Source: Octopus vulgaris (Eukaryota). From it: DNA of 64,000 bases. Made by a program: the position numbers and the translations under genes. Shown piece after piece: positions 1 through 14,141 of this stretch (positions are counted from its first letter, which is position 1; each line of letters starts with the position of its first letter). The stretch spans positions 176,018,001 through 176,082,000 of the forward strand of contig OX597817.1 of assembly GCA_951406725.2 (NCBI GenBank), written 5' to 3'. Under the pieces are notes generated by a model. It was not told where the DNA came from. It worked only from the letters and a program-made list of their open reading frames with translations, and ran no database searches.

Positions 1-63
<63 letters not shown>

Positions 64-109
64 TGTGTGTACATATATATATATATACACACATATATAT
101 TCATATATA

Positions 110-1531
110 CAGTTGCGGCCAAAATGATCAGAACGGTTGAAAAAATAACAAAATAATCAAAAAGTGACAGAGAATGCTGGAATTATTTCATATCTAGTGT
201 GAAGCCCTTTAACTTCAATCAAAGTTTGACATTTTGACTGCATGGAGAAATTAAATTTTCAATTTATTGCTGGGTGATCTTATTCCATTCTTCCTGAAGG
301 GCATTCCATAATTGCTCGGTTGTTTTAGGATTTCTGGCTTTCAAACGTTCTCCTAGAATATTCCACACATTTTCAACAGGATTGAGGTCTGGGCTTTGAG
401 CAGGCCAATCCATAACAATAACCTTTTCAGCCTTGAGGAAGTTCATGACCACCTTAGCCTTGTGACATGGGACATTGTCCTGCATGAATATGGGTGGTCG
501 GTTAGTTGAATTTCTCAGCACAGGCAAGACATGATCTTTTAGAAGTGAAGTTTTTTATAAACTCCTGCATTTACCTTTCCATGTTTTCGCAGCAAAAGGG
601 CCCACAACATCTCCAGATATCATCCCCCAAACCATGACACTTCCTCCACCGAATTTAACACTAGTCTTAAGGCATTTAGGTGACAATTTTTCACCTGCTT
701 TTCCCATCTGAGCCAAATAACATAGACTTAGATTCATCACTGAAATGCACCGTTTGCCATTTTTCTTGAGACCACAACACATGTTCGGTTGCAAAGGTAA
801 GACGACACTTTTTATTTTTGGAGCTGATCAGTGGCTTCACTGCAGGTGCTCTTGCTTGTAGGTCATGTTCAACTAAAGGACGAGACACAGTTTTTCGAGA
901 TAAAGTTTTCTTCAGTACATTGCTCATTTCCCGAAAAACAGCAGCAGCAGTTTTAAATCTGTCCTTTTTAACCAACTTTACCATAGCATGATCTTCTCTC
1001 TTGGTCGTTTTTCTTGGCCTACCTGTAGACTTTCTTGCTTCACACGAACAACAATCATCGTAGACCTTAAGAATACCGTGAACAACACTTTTTGACTTGT
1101 TAACAATCTTTGCAATAGACCTAATACTTAAATTATCCTTCTTTCGAAGCTTAATAATCTGCTGACGAATTGGTAACGGAGTAAGTGGCAATTATATTAA
1201 CAAAGTACACTGCAAATATTCTTACTAATGTTTAGTAAACGAACCGTCACATAAACAAATTCAAAACATTAGAGTTTGACGGTTAAATATACTAAAACAT
1301 GGAGTAAAAGCAACCGTTCTGATAAATTTGGCCGCCATGGGTTTTGCAGTAAATCACTAAATCATCCATAACTTTTTTATTATCCTCTCAAATTACACCA
1401 AAATCTCAGACAATAACAAATAATATCGTAATTATTGTCTGTGAAAATTATAGAATATAAAACAACTTTGATAAAAACTTATACCTACTTTTCTGACGAA
1501 AACAATGCCGTTCTGAACATTTTGGCCGCAA

Positions 1532-1534
<3 letters not shown>
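110..1534 (-). mobile_element. Tc1-family DNA transposon with 27-bp TIRs and TA flanks
   Basis: TA|CAGTTGCGGCCAAAATGATCAGAACGG at 110-136 and CCGTTCTGAACATTTTGGCCGCAACTG|TA at 1508-1534 (1 mismatch). Encloses Tc1 transposase fragments. Confidence 0.95.
264..1191 (-). pseudogene. Tc1 DDE transposase, frameshifted and C-terminally truncated
   Basis: Three ORF pieces carry HTH/GRPRKTT, VHFSDES, KFGGGSVMVWG, FMQDNVPCH and WPAQSPDLNPVENVW. The last piece ends prematurely at NKITQQ*. Confidence 0.93.
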
Positions 1535-1580
<46 letters not shown>

Positions 1581-1847
1581 GAAGGCAGACACAAGACAGA
1601 GACAGAGAGGGATATTCAGATATACAGACGACAGACAAGCAGACAGGCAGACAGAAGGATAGATAGACAGGTAGATACAGACATAGAAAAAAGCACGGAA
1701 AGAGATAGGTGGGGGAGGAGAAAAGAGAAGGATATAAAGAATGAAAAATCTCTATTGTCAACATTTGCCAATCTTGCTCAGGTCTCACACAACAGTTTGG
1801 GATTTTCGTGTTATTCTTTCTACTGGAATAGCAGTCTTTACTTTGCA

Positions 1848-2290
<443 letters not shown>

Positions 2291-2631
2291 AAACACACAA
2301 AGTGTTGAAACCTACTTTGTACACTGTGTATGTTAACTAACTAACGTTATTATTATATAATAGAAATCTAGTTATCGTGAACGAGCGAAGTAGTTTACGC
2401 AATCAAGCATATCAGTAGAAACTATATTCTTCTTAATCGATAGCTTCAAACAATTTTTTGTCATGTATTTTCAGCTATTTTTTTCACATCCTTTTTTTCC
2501 ATCATTTATCATTTAAGTAAGTCTTGGTTTTTTACACAGCGCTTTTTTAACGGTTAAAGGCAAAGGATTTTGGTGGTAGGAGTAATTTCAAAATTGCTTC
2601 ACCATCATCGTCATCGTCTTGTTGTTGTTGT

Positions 2632-3000
2632 TCTTCTTCTTCTCCTTCTTCTTCTTCTTCTTCTTCTTCTTCTTCTTCTTCTTCTTCTTCTTCTTCTTCT
2701 CCTCCTCCTTCTTCTTCTTCTTCTTCTCCTTCTCCTCCTTCTCCTTTTTTCCTCCTTCTCCTTCTTCTTCTTCTTCTTCTTCTTCTTCTCCCCCTCCTCC
2801 TCTTCCTCCTTCTTCTTCTTCTTCTTCTTCTTCTCCTCCTCCCTCTTCTCCTCATTCTCCTTCTCCTTCTTCTCCTTCTCCTTCTTGTTGGTGTTCTTCT
2901 TCTTCTTCTTCTTCTTCTTCTTCTTCTTCCTCCTCCTCCTCCTTCTTCTCCTCCTCCTTCTTCTTCTCCTCCTCCTCCTCCTCCTCCACCTCTCTCTTTC
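2632..3000. repeat. (CTT)n/(CCT)n polypyrimidine trinucleotide tract
   Basis: Read directly from the sequence. Confidence 0.95.
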
Positions 3001-3631
3001 CTCTAGCTATTTTCTTGTCTCCCCACCACTACGCGTCCGCTTCTCTACTCCAGCTTTTATCTCCTGCTTTGCCTTCCATTACACGGCATCCATTAATATT
3101 TCTCAACTCCACTCTTTTACATTCCCTGTATGACTCCAAGAAGAACACCTTTCTCCCACTTTTTTGCAGAACTTTGTTGTTGATGTTGTCGTTTTTGTTA
3201 TGGTTGTTGTTTGTTGTTCTTGCTTCCATCGTCGTCGTCGTTGTTGTTCTCAGCTAATTTCAAACTATGTATAAGCAAATTTACACATTTTCTAAGAGCA
3301 GAAAACAATATTAAATTGATGGGACTCAGAGGACGATGATTTGAAATAGAGGTTGAGAAAAAAGAAAGATAGAAACAATCAAATAAACAAAGGAAGGAAG
3401 AAAAAAGAGAAAAAGACGAAAAGCTAGAATGAAATATACAAAGGCAGGGAGACAGTAAGGAGAAAAGAAGTATAGTAGTTAGGGGAAGAAAGAAAGAAAA
3501 AGTAAGTGAAGAAGGAAGGCAGGAAGAAAGCAGTGAAAGACAAAGAAGGAATATAGGTTAAAAGGAAAGGTGTAAAGAGGAAAGGCAAGGAAGAAAGAAG
3601 ATAAAAATGCCGAGGGAAAATAAAAGAAATT

Positions 3632-3830
3632 AATCCTTTTTTATTATAGGCATAAAGCCTGAATTTTCTACGGGAAGGAATCGTCGATTATATCCACTGG
3701 TATTTATTCTATCGACCTCGGGAAGATGAAAGGAAAAGGTGAGCTCGGTGGAATTTGAAATCAGAACGTAAAGCCAGAAGAAATGTTGTTAAGCATCTTG
3801 GCCGGCATGCTAACGATTCTGCCAGAAATT
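3632..3830 (-). mobile_element. tRNA-type SINE, family B (head AGGCGGCGAGCTGGCAGAATCGTTAGC), ATT-tail variant
   Basis: Reverse complement matches the copies at 18870, 31210 and 58600. Confidence 0.8.
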
Positions 3831-4524
3831 TATAAAGGCAAGAATAGAAAGAAAAATAAGAAACGGTTAAGGGACATTAACAGTAAAGATTGAAAAAACA
3901 ATTAATATCGCCTACAACCGGTGTTGGTTGGTTTTACACTCCTGTAAATTAGCGGTTCGGTAAAAGATACCCTTAAACTAAGTACGAGACAAAAAAAAAA
4001 GGGACAAAAAAGTATGACCGAAACAAATAACGATAAAAGATAAAATGTAATGATACTGATAATAATTCATAAAAAAGGGGAAAGAAACAACATAATGACC
4101 ATAGTAAGCAAGCTGAAGAGCGAATGAATTATATGCACCGAGGTTTTGAATTAAATTCATTATGGCAGTTAATATTTTTGATCGCATTTTAAACAATGAA
4201 TATGAGATTACCTTTAAAGATTACCTGTAAAGATTACCTATAAGAATACACTTAGGAACGATACTGGAAATTGTAATACTAGCAACTGTAAACATTGTTT
4301 AGACATCGATTGACTATCAGAAGATGTTTTAACAGTATTCTTCATTTATGGATTGTGTAAACATCAACCATAAGCAACGCAGCATCTGTAATAAGGAAAT
4401 ACATTAAAATGTCATAAGTAAAAGGGCAAACAATTTTGCAGATAGTGACACCAAATGCATTATAAAAGAAATAATTTCATCCCTATTAGAAACTGAATAT
4501 TCCAAAGGGAGTCTCTGGCTCTGC

Positions 4525-4582
<58 letters not shown>

Positions 4583-4791
4583 TTCCCTCTCATTGTAATT
4601 TCTTTCTTTCTGGTGTTAATATTTATTAACTAGGAATGGACTCAGATACATATGCTATGGTATATTTGGTATATGCACGACCTGAAGACGCACGCTACAG
4701 ACGGAAAACAACTGGAGATGCTATTGTAACTAGCGAATGGATTTACTAGAGAAACTGATATATAATTTCGGATGAGAAACATGCACAAAGG

Positions 4792-4934
4792 CAAGAAGAA
4801 GAAGAAGAAGAAGAAGAAGAAGACGAAGAAGAAGAAGAAGAAGAAGACGAAGAAGAAGAAGAAGAAGAAGAAGAAGAAGAAGAAGAAGAAGAAGAAGAAG
4901 AAGAAGAAGAAGAAGAAGAAGAAGAAGAAGAAGA
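4792..4934. repeat. (GAA)n microsatellite
   Basis: Read directly from the sequence. Confidence 0.95.
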
Positions 4935-4959
4935 GCAACAACAACTAGGTAAGGGCATT

Positions 4960-5320
4960 GAGATGTTAGCTGAGTGCGTGGCTTGGAAATAACAGGTTGT
5001 GACAGAGAATTAGAAATACAAAATCTCATGGGACTTCTCCATTAAGCTGACCTTACTATTGATGCAAAAAAAAAAAGAATCAGATATGTATAAGATCATA
5101 TACTTTGTAATTCCTATTACAACAGAGCCAATATCAAAGAAATCGAAAAAAAAATATTGAGAAATTTTCGGATCTAGCCAGAGAGCAGAAGACTGTGGAA
5201 GACTAAGACAACAATTATTCCTGGCAGCCTGCATAAAAATACCATCCGATATTCTTCAAGAATTCTAAGAAATATTCTTGTTATATGAAGAGACTTGTTG
5301 TCACGAAACCTCAAGATAGC
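4960..5320 (+). pseudogene. Highly decayed C-terminal fragment of an RLE (R4-like) LINE
   Basis: Hand translation gives VTEN*KYKISWDFSIK and IKEIEK..EKFSDLARE, resembling the RLE domain at 56770-57000. Confidence 0.55.
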
Positions 5321-6721
5321 ATTCCTACTAATTAAATTAGCATACACTAGCTATACCACCACAACAAACATCACGACGATGACCACCACCACCACCAATC
5401 ATAATAATTATAATAATAATAATAATAATAATAATGAGAAGAAGAATGATTCTACTATACGTATATGGTTAGTAATTTTACGGAGAGGAAGAAAGTGGAC
5501 ATTGTCGACCCCAGCACTTGACCGGTGCTTATTTTATGAAATCCGGAGGGATAAAAGGGAAGTTGCCCACGACGAGATTTTAATTCAGAACCAAAAGAGC
5601 AGGAAACAAATTCTGCAATTTTTTCCCATTGTTTTAATGATTCTACAAGAACGACAACAACGGCAACGACGGCGACGAAGACAATGATGATGATGATGAT
5701 GATGATGATTTTGATGATATTTTTTACCTTGAATTATTTTGTTGGCTTTGATCAAAAGTGCTGTCATATGATACAAATGATGTCACATAAGAGTATTAGA
5801 AAACACGTGGAAAAGTAGGTATACTCGTACACTAACGGGGAGTGACAAATCATATGGCCACATTTGATAGAAAATTCAAAATGTACTGAGAAAAAATTTG
5901 GAAAGCGTTTATGTTCAGAACCAGATGACCTATTTAGCAAGGTGTACATATGCTGTGTGTATCCTGCCTTGAAGGTACTACTTGTTCTTCCTACATAATT
6001 CTTTTGGGTTGCCACCTCTCCACAGAACTTTGATCCCGTATACAAATATTATGGTTAGCTACTGACAATTTAGCGAACAAGGTGATAGATTGTTAGATTT
6101 GTATTCTGCTGACCTAATTATATCTCTATAAGCGAAATTGCTTTTATGAGTTTATAAATTGAACTTCCGACATTTTGAGTACAACTATAGCTAACCTTAA
6201 AATAGTTATCAAAGACCTGGAGATGTTTGTACATCGTGTGGAAACACTTCATGATTAATGCTAAGACATTTTGTGTTATATCTAACGCTACATTTACGAT
6301 GATCTCTAACTGAAATATTTCAAACATTTCCATTTGTGTTGAGGACGTACGGTACTTGAGTAGAACGTTTTCCATTTTTATTCTATGGTTGTTTTTTCTT
6401 TGTTGCTTTCTTTTACAGGAAATATTTTTGTATTTTCTCTTTCGTGAAATCGCTTGATATGAATAAAAGTGATTTTTCTTTCGTAGCCTATGGACAAATC
6501 AGAGCACTAGTGATGAGATAAAAACCGTTGACCCGTTCATTAACTTGGCTAGAGTGACACATACAAACACTTACAAACACTCACACATGCACAAAACATG
6601 TATATCTTCACTGAAGCAAACACATATGATGCGAAAATGCAAAAAGTATATATAAAAGATTTTGTGTGCTGTGAAATGGCAAAATGGTTACTCTGCCATG
6701 AAACTAATGCATGCATGCATA

Positions 6722-6824
<103 letters not shown>

Positions 6825-6873
6825 AATAAGCATGTATATCTATGCTTCTATGTATGTGTGCGTATATATATAT

Positions 6874-6939
<66 letters not shown>

Positions 6940-7055
6940 TTACACGCGAATAAGCAAACAAGCATACATATACATTCATATTTATGTATTCATCTATGTG
7001 CGTAGTCTTATGTGTATATTTATTATACATACATAAATATATACATGCATATCTA

Positions 7056-7087
<32 letters not shown>

Positions 7088-7240
7088 CAAATATATATAT
7101 ATACATGTATATATATGTATATATATGTATACATATATATATATATATATACATACATGCATATATATACACACATATATATTTACATATATATGCATGC
7201 CTAAATATATACATACATATATATATATATATATCTATCC

Positions 7241-7309
<69 letters not shown>

Positions 7310-7427
7310 ACTATCTATCTATCTCTCTATATATATACACGCACACACATATATATATAAATACATAGATAGAATGATAGATAGATAGAATGATAAATAG
7401 ATAGATAGATAGAAAGATAGATAGATA

Positions 7428-8972
7428 AGTTTCTTTATTGGCCACACAGGGCTGCACACAGATGGGACAAGTTACAAGGTAGAGCTTTTCTTTTGGGGGA
7501 TGAAGAGAACAAAAAAACAAAAGAAAAAAAGGGGGTGGCGTAGGTTTTCGATCAAGAGGGATCGTAAAAGGGAAGAAAAGAACAAAAACAAAAAAACAAA
7601 AAAAAATTGAATAAAATAAAAAGAATAAAAACAAAAAAAAGAAAAGGAAAAGGAACAAAAGGAAAGAGAAATGAAAAAAGAAGAAAAAAGGGGAAAAAAA
7701 GGGGAAGAGGAAAAAAAAGAACGATCAATAGGGATCGTGTATCACAGTGTTATGATATATGGTGTAAAGGGGAAAGCAAGTAAGGTTTATCCGTGGGAAG
7801 AAAAGCCTACGGAAAAGACCACGGTAACCTTGGTCAATATTGTTATATGTTACCACATTTGTTTGCAAGTGGGTAACCCTCTGTTTTCAATTTCTGGGTT
7901 CATAGGATTATGCTCAAGGTGGCTTCGTCATTCATACGTGCCATCCTTGCTACATTCACCCATTTTTTTTTGAAATATTCGCTAGACAAAACTTGCCTCT
8001 CTACTCTCACTTTCCTTTTCAAGTGGTACTTGAAGAAGTTGATGAGAGATTGACCAGAGAGGAAAGTGTTTGTCTCCAATCCTTTCAGACGCGTCCACCA
8101 GATACATTCTTTCGCCATAGCCACAAGGATGATGAAAATAGCTCTTCCTTCCCGTTTGAAGGAAGGAGGCGTGACAATATTCACGATAGACTCAGCTGAT
8201 AAACCGACTCGTCCCACACGTGACAGCAGTTGTTCGACATAAGCCCACAGGTCGGAAATTGTTGGACACTGCACGAGTGCATGCAGAACGGTTTCGTCGC
8301 TCTGACCGCATCTCGGGCAGGTCGGCCCCGTGTTTCTCGAGCCGTGTCTGTAGAGCTTATCTCGAACGGGTAGCGCTTCTCGGTAGCACTGCCAGGCCAG
8401 GGATCTCTGGAAGTTGTCCATGGGCCCTGGCCCGAAAGTCGTCCTGAACAGGCAGGTCAGGTACTCCTCGTCGACGTCCAGGTTCGCCCCGAGCTCGTCG
8501 TCGTACCTCCCCTCCACTAATCCCCTATAGAATGCTTTGGTCGATCCGGGACGGCAGAGTTGCTTGAGAGCAACGCGACACTCGCGATGCCAATCGCCCT
8601 TCCTCGGCCTCTTTTTGATCCACGACTGCAGTTCGGTCATGGAGACGAGCTGCGGGAAAGCGTGCCTCACAAACGGCGACCACACCTGTTCACCGTCGTC
8701 TACGAAGAGCCTGAGATGTCGCAGTCTCAGCGCGTGTCTGCGCATCATCAACCACGGCATGCCCAGCCCTCCTTTTAGCAGGTGTTGACAGCAAATGGAT
8801 CGCCTGACCATCGGGATGCATCCTTTCCACAAGAAGCGAAAGAGAATGCGTTGTAGTTTGGTGATGGTAGGGTCGGGACAAGGTACGACGGTCAGGCGGT
8901 AGTAGATGACGGACGCGATGTACGTGTTCGCCACCTCCGCCCGACCTTTTAGGGACAGTTTCCTCTCGGCCA
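7428..8972 (-). mobile_element. L1/Tx1-type LINE, 5'-truncated (ORF2 C-terminus plus 3' UTR)
   Basis: ORF 7900-8972 has LSLKGR, KGGLGMP and zf-RVT CPRCGQSDETVLHALVQCP. The 3' UTR is T-rich on the sense strand with AATAAA at 7434-7439 (minus), then (TATC)n. Confidence 0.9.
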
Positions 8973-9289
8973 ATATATATATATATTTGTATATAAACAC
9001 TGAACTCTGATATATATTTTTTATGTATATATACACATACATATATGGCAGTTATGAATACAAACTTTTAAGTATAAAGTATAAATTTATTTTTGCTGTT
9101 GGTTTTGGTAAGCATAATTAAATTTTTCTTGACGTTCACGTAACTAGAAATATTTTTGTTACGTTAATATGTGAAATTGCTGTTTGATAACTGAAGTTAC
9201 TTATATCTTTCTTGGATGGTTAGTTAACTATAAGTAATGTTTTAAAGAATTAATAACTGTTTTTTTGTAAATATATTTTTATATCGTCT

Positions 9290-9600
9290 TTCACTTCTTT
9301 CAGCTGCGAGGACATAAACAAGTTCAGCACCCGTTGTCAATTGGTGGCTGTGGTGGACAAACACAAATATACACACACGCACACACACACAGACACACAC
9401 ACATGCACACACACACACTCACTCACACACACACACACATACACACACACATACATGAATGGTCTTCTTTCAGTTTCTGTAAGCCAAATCTATTCACAAG
9501 ACTTTGGTCGACTCAAAGCTATAGTAGAAGACACTTAACCAAGATGCTACGCAGTGGGACTGAACTTGAAACCATGTGGTTTGAAAGGGGAAACTTCTTC
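9290..9600 (-). mobile_element. SINE family A, decayed partial copy
   Basis: Matches 60700-61151 (ctatagtagaagacactt, gcagtgggactgaac). Confidence 0.75.
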
Positions 9601-9636
9601 CCACATATCTACACCTGCCCCCATACATACATACAT

Positions 9637-9676
<40 letters not shown>

Positions 9677-11182
9677 ATTCATATGTATGCACACACGTTA
9701 ATGTCGAGCAGTGAGAATGAGAGCTCAACACAGCATTGCTAAAGTGTGTGTGTGTTATGATTAAAAATTCGTGAATAGGAGATAATGTTGCTTCGTATAT
9801 ATATATAACGAAATCTTTCTTGGATGTTCAGGTAAAGAGAAGTCATCGCTCTTTTAGTCGAATATTTATATTTTAATTAATTTTTTTTTATTACAAGTCG
9901 TACATAATCAAAAACGTCATCTTGAATTTTTCTTTCTACCTTATGATTTCAAATTTGTGAGTATAATTTACGGTTGTTTGATAAACGTAATTATATCTTT
10001 CTTTGATCGTCAAGTAAATACGTAGAAGTTTTTTTTTTTTCTGAAATTAATATCTCTTTTATTCTATATCATAGAAGAAGTAAATTATTTTTCTCTCCCC
10101 ATCTGTCACAAACCTCACCTCACTGACTCTGATTACCTGCATGGGAGTTTTAGATGAAAATTTGCAGTGATTAACTCGAGAAAGGAAAGTCATGCCAAGA
10201 CTACGACAGAGAGAAGTGCAGAGAACAGAAATACGCTATTAAGAGTTATCAACTATGCAAGAAGGGAACTGTAAGTAAAATAGACGTACTGTTATCCCGA
10301 GGAAATTATATATCAAGAAGTCAAAACCAAATGAGAATTATAAAGAAAAAAAAATTGTTGTAAAACAGGAAAGAAGAGATGAAACAGAAGCAAGGATATA
10401 GGAGAAAGAATACATATAATAGTAGAAGAAATAAAACCCCAGAAGAAAAAAGGCTGAGAACAGAGAGAAGACAAATAGCTAAAGTGAAAGCAAGCATAAA
10501 GAAAGAAGATTAATTTCTGGAGAGAAGTCTATGGTTCTCATTGTCCGAAATGTTGAAGAAAATAGTATCAACACAAAGCAAATAAATGTAGATATTATCA
10601 ATAATACAAGAAATTCAAGCGTTCAAATTATTACAGTCGATGACAATAGATTTTTTCAGAAGAAATTTACATGGAAGTCCATGAATATTGTTTGTCAATT
10701 TTGTGATGTAAAATATTTCTTAGCAAAGCGTCCTTCAGAGGATAAATTCAATAATTGCTGTTACAAAGGTAAAATCATATTGCTTTTCCAAAGAGAAATA
10801 CTGTGATATAATGAACCATTTATGGAATCTCAATTACAATCGCTACAAATACTATATTGGATTTTATAACTCAACAGACTAGAGGCCATATTGTTTTCCT
10901 GTTTGTAGCCAAATATATCTTCGCCTGAGCAATATGTATCCTAGTGACGAAGGTCGACTTTTTGCCAACTTTGCATGCTTGATTTTAAAATGGCCACAAT
11001 CCAAGATGCAATCCTCAGATTATGGTTACTTTAGATAAAATTATCAGAGCAAATAATATTTATGCCTTTGCATATAAAATGTTAGAAGGTGTTGAAAGCA
11101 TCAGAATATATTTCAACATTAACAGCCAGAATGGGATTCAAGAGACGAATAAACAGTGACCGATAATGTTAATACTTGCCAT

Positions 11183-11369
11183 CTCTTTTCTCTTTTACTT
11201 GCTTCAGTCATTTGACTGCGGCCATGCTGGAGCACCGCATTTAGTCGAGCAAATCACCCCCAGAGCTTATTCTTTGTAAGCCTAGTATTTATTCTATCGG
11301 TCTCTCTTGCTGCATCGGTTGTCAAGCGATGTTGTGGGGACAAATACAGACACACAAACACACACACAC

Positions 11370-11450
<81 letters not shown>

Positions 11451-11616
11451 ATATATACATATACAAGAGGCTTCTTCCAGTTTCCGTCTACCAAATCCAC
11501 TCACAAGCCTTTGGTCGACCCGAGGCTATAGTAGAAGAGGTGCCATGCAGTGGAACTGAACCCGGGACCATCTGGTTGGTAAGCAAGCTACTTACCACAC
11601 ACCCACTCCTGCGCCT
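11183..11616 (-). mobile_element. SINE family A (head AGGCGCAGGAGTGG, internal TA/CA microsatellite, CR1-like tail)
   Basis: Full head-to-tail similarity to 60694-61151, with internal deletions. Confidence 0.9.
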
Positions 11617-11618
11617 AT

Positions 11619-11723
11619 AAAAAATAAAGAACGCTTCACGAATTTGCATGTCATCCTTGCGCAGGGGCCATGCTAATCTCTGTATCGTTCCAATCTTTGA
11701 ATATGTACCACCGGTAATGATGC
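11619..11723 (-). pseudogene. U6: Full-length U6 snRNA pseudogene/retrocopy
   Basis: Minus strand reads GCATCATTACCGGTGGTACATATTCAAAGATTGGAACGATACAGAG---ATTAGCATGGCCCCTGCGCAAGGATGACATGCAAATTCGTGAAGCGTTCTTTATTTTTT. This is the U6 core with a 3-nt deletion at the ACAGAGA box, a 5' stem-loop and a 3' T-tract. Confidence 0.93.
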
Positions 11724-13963
11724 TTATAATATTGATAGTAACCCCTTCTTAAATGATATAAAGAGACTCCCCTCACCAATATGAACATTTTGGACCCTAA
11801 TCTCGTCTTACACATTATTCTATGACAGCTAGAATTGAACACTAATCCTTAACTATATAATAGATGTACAGATATTTGTATGAGGCAATACAATGTTGCA
11901 CAAGCAGCAGTAAAATCAATCAGCCTAAATTTTTATTGTAGAAAATTATTTTAGTAATGATTGTTTTTACTCTCAAGTGAAGGCAAATGATTTGAACCAT
12001 AGGAGGTATCAACAAGGACATCGCAGAGTTGAACAGCATCAAACATTTACTGATAATCTAACTACTGCTGCCGGTGATGCAGAAATTTTTTCTGCAATTC
12101 TCTTTCTGGCCAATTTATATTGAGCTTAGAGTTGAACATTATCAAAGATTTATTAGTCATCTTACATAGGCTACACAGTTATTGTAGCATCATCGTTTCG
12201 AAGTTCTCCAAGGAATATGAGAGAGAGCTATCATAGTGATATGGCTACGGTGAGAAAATTTGGGAAGCTAGGTTTATTTAACACTATGAAATACAATCCT
12301 TCTTGAGATGAAATTAGTGATGATCTTTTTTCTGGACAACACCCTTCAGACGGATCAGTTATTGTGGTTAGAGGGTTTATTATAAAATCGACAGTCAAAA
12401 CAGCACCTGTTCCTCATAACAAATGAAAGAGTCGGTAAAACGTGGGATCGATTCAGATTGGTTCTCTGCGCAATGAGTTCAAATTTCGTCGAGACCAACT
12501 TTGCCTTTCATCATTTCGGAATTAATAAATAAAGAACTAGTCTTGTACTGGGGTCAATGTTTCTCTGTCTTTCGCTGTTTCCATTTTCTGGAAGAAATCA
12601 ACTGTGATAGGTTCCACCATGTCTAAAAATGTCAAGGACACGTTGCATGTCACGACGGCATCCTATACGATTCCGCCAAAAAGTTTGATAGCGCAGTTTA
12701 GAAAATAATATGGTAGAACATGTTGAAACACATGGCTGTTAAATTGAATTCTAGAAATTGGTAAAACCTGATGTTCATATACTGATGAACAAGAGACAAA
12801 GATGACAAAGATAAAATTAATGACCTGGCAAAAATAGAGGTAGTATATCCAGAAATACCAATTCTGTATACTGAAATAATACTTCATCTTGACACACTGT
12901 AAAAAAAGACCTTTTTGTTAAACCAGGGAATACTTTCAACGACCCCAATCTGAGAACAGCTCGATTAGCTTTGACTGGTTATTGCCACCCTATTAACTCT
13001 TCCTATTCCTGTTCATTCCAGTGCAAGAATTAGCAGCATGGAACTTCTTATGAACAGTTTTATGTCTAACAGTCGTTGATTTTATTCATTTTCAAATCAA
13101 TACATTCGCCGGCAGCACGTATAAAATGAAAAGACTTAAGCATGTTAAGATAGTGTATGCGTTTCTGAGTGAATAAATTGTTGTCATTTAATGGATGTAC
13201 ATTTATTCTTCTCGTGAATTTAAGGGGATGGGGCCGTGGTTAGCGTGACTATTTCGTACTGCAGCGAGGGTTGTGTAGATTAATCACAAGATTTATTTAT
13301 ATAGCGTTGTTGCACTTATGTTCCTCAAAGGCTCGAATGTCAAACTCATTTATTATTACACACACGCGCGCGCGCGCATACAAGGCAGATGCATCTACTA
13401 TTTCGGTACCGTAGTTATTTTATATGCCTTGCAAACGAGTCCTCTGATATGCGAAGAAGTCAAAAACAGCACCTAGTCTTCATAGCGTTCTTTCATGAAT
13501 AGCTCTAAGATGCTTCATCTCACTGTAGCGCAAACAGTAGCATTTGCTCTGGATATGACGGCAAATCTCAGAGGAAACTTGTGGAGATGTTCTCGAGTTC
13601 GGCTGAGAGAGAGAGAGAGAGAGAGGAAGATGGAGAAAGTGAGGGAAAGATAGAAATACATACATACAAGCATACATACATAAATACATACATATAGACA
13701 TTCAGACAGACAGATAAAAGAAGACAGAACGAGAGAACAAGTGAAAGAGAGGCAATGAAAGGAAAGGAAAGTGAGGGAGAGGGAGAGAGAAGAACTTCGT
13801 TTTATTAACACAGTCAATTTATACAAGGAAGCTAAACGCATCTTTAACAAATACAGACATGTTTTACGGTAAACACACACATATACATACACTCACACAC
13901 ATACACATGCACGCACAGATACATAGATAAATACATATCTATATCCATTTATGTATATGTGTG

Positions 13964-14022
<59 letters not shown>

Positions 14023-14104
14023 GTATGCATGCATAATGAAAAGAAAAATTCCGTGCAACTTGTAATTACAAGTAAGCATTTATTTAATCATGAATAAATG
14101 AAAG

Positions 14105-14141
<37 letters not shown>

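Larger units (their letters stand above)
10380..13030 (+). mobile_element. Decayed autonomous Helitron (Rep/helicase remnants), interrupted by a SINE and a U6 copy
   Basis: Motifs in the expected order: CQFC...CCYKGKI (10690-10785); GPYCF..QIY (10885); NIYAFAYKMLEGVE (11060); SSFRSSPRNM...VRKFGKLGLFNTMKYNP (12190-12300, Rep motif 1); IEF*KLVKPDVHIL (12743, decayed HUH); TG-IATLL..VHS (12975, helicase-like). Confidence 0.85.

Noticed and set aside
5770-6400. Possible piggyBac Cys-rich C-terminus or host exon
   Set aside because: Only vague motifs, with no TTAA/TIR or consistent frame.
11724-11800. Possible TATA/PSE promoter upstream of the U6 copy
   Set aside because: The region translates as a Helitron continuation, and the PSE-like word is on the wrong strand.
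13105-13135. CGGCAGCACGTATAAAAT resembling the U6 5' end
   Set aside because: The match is too short and there is no downstream U6 core.
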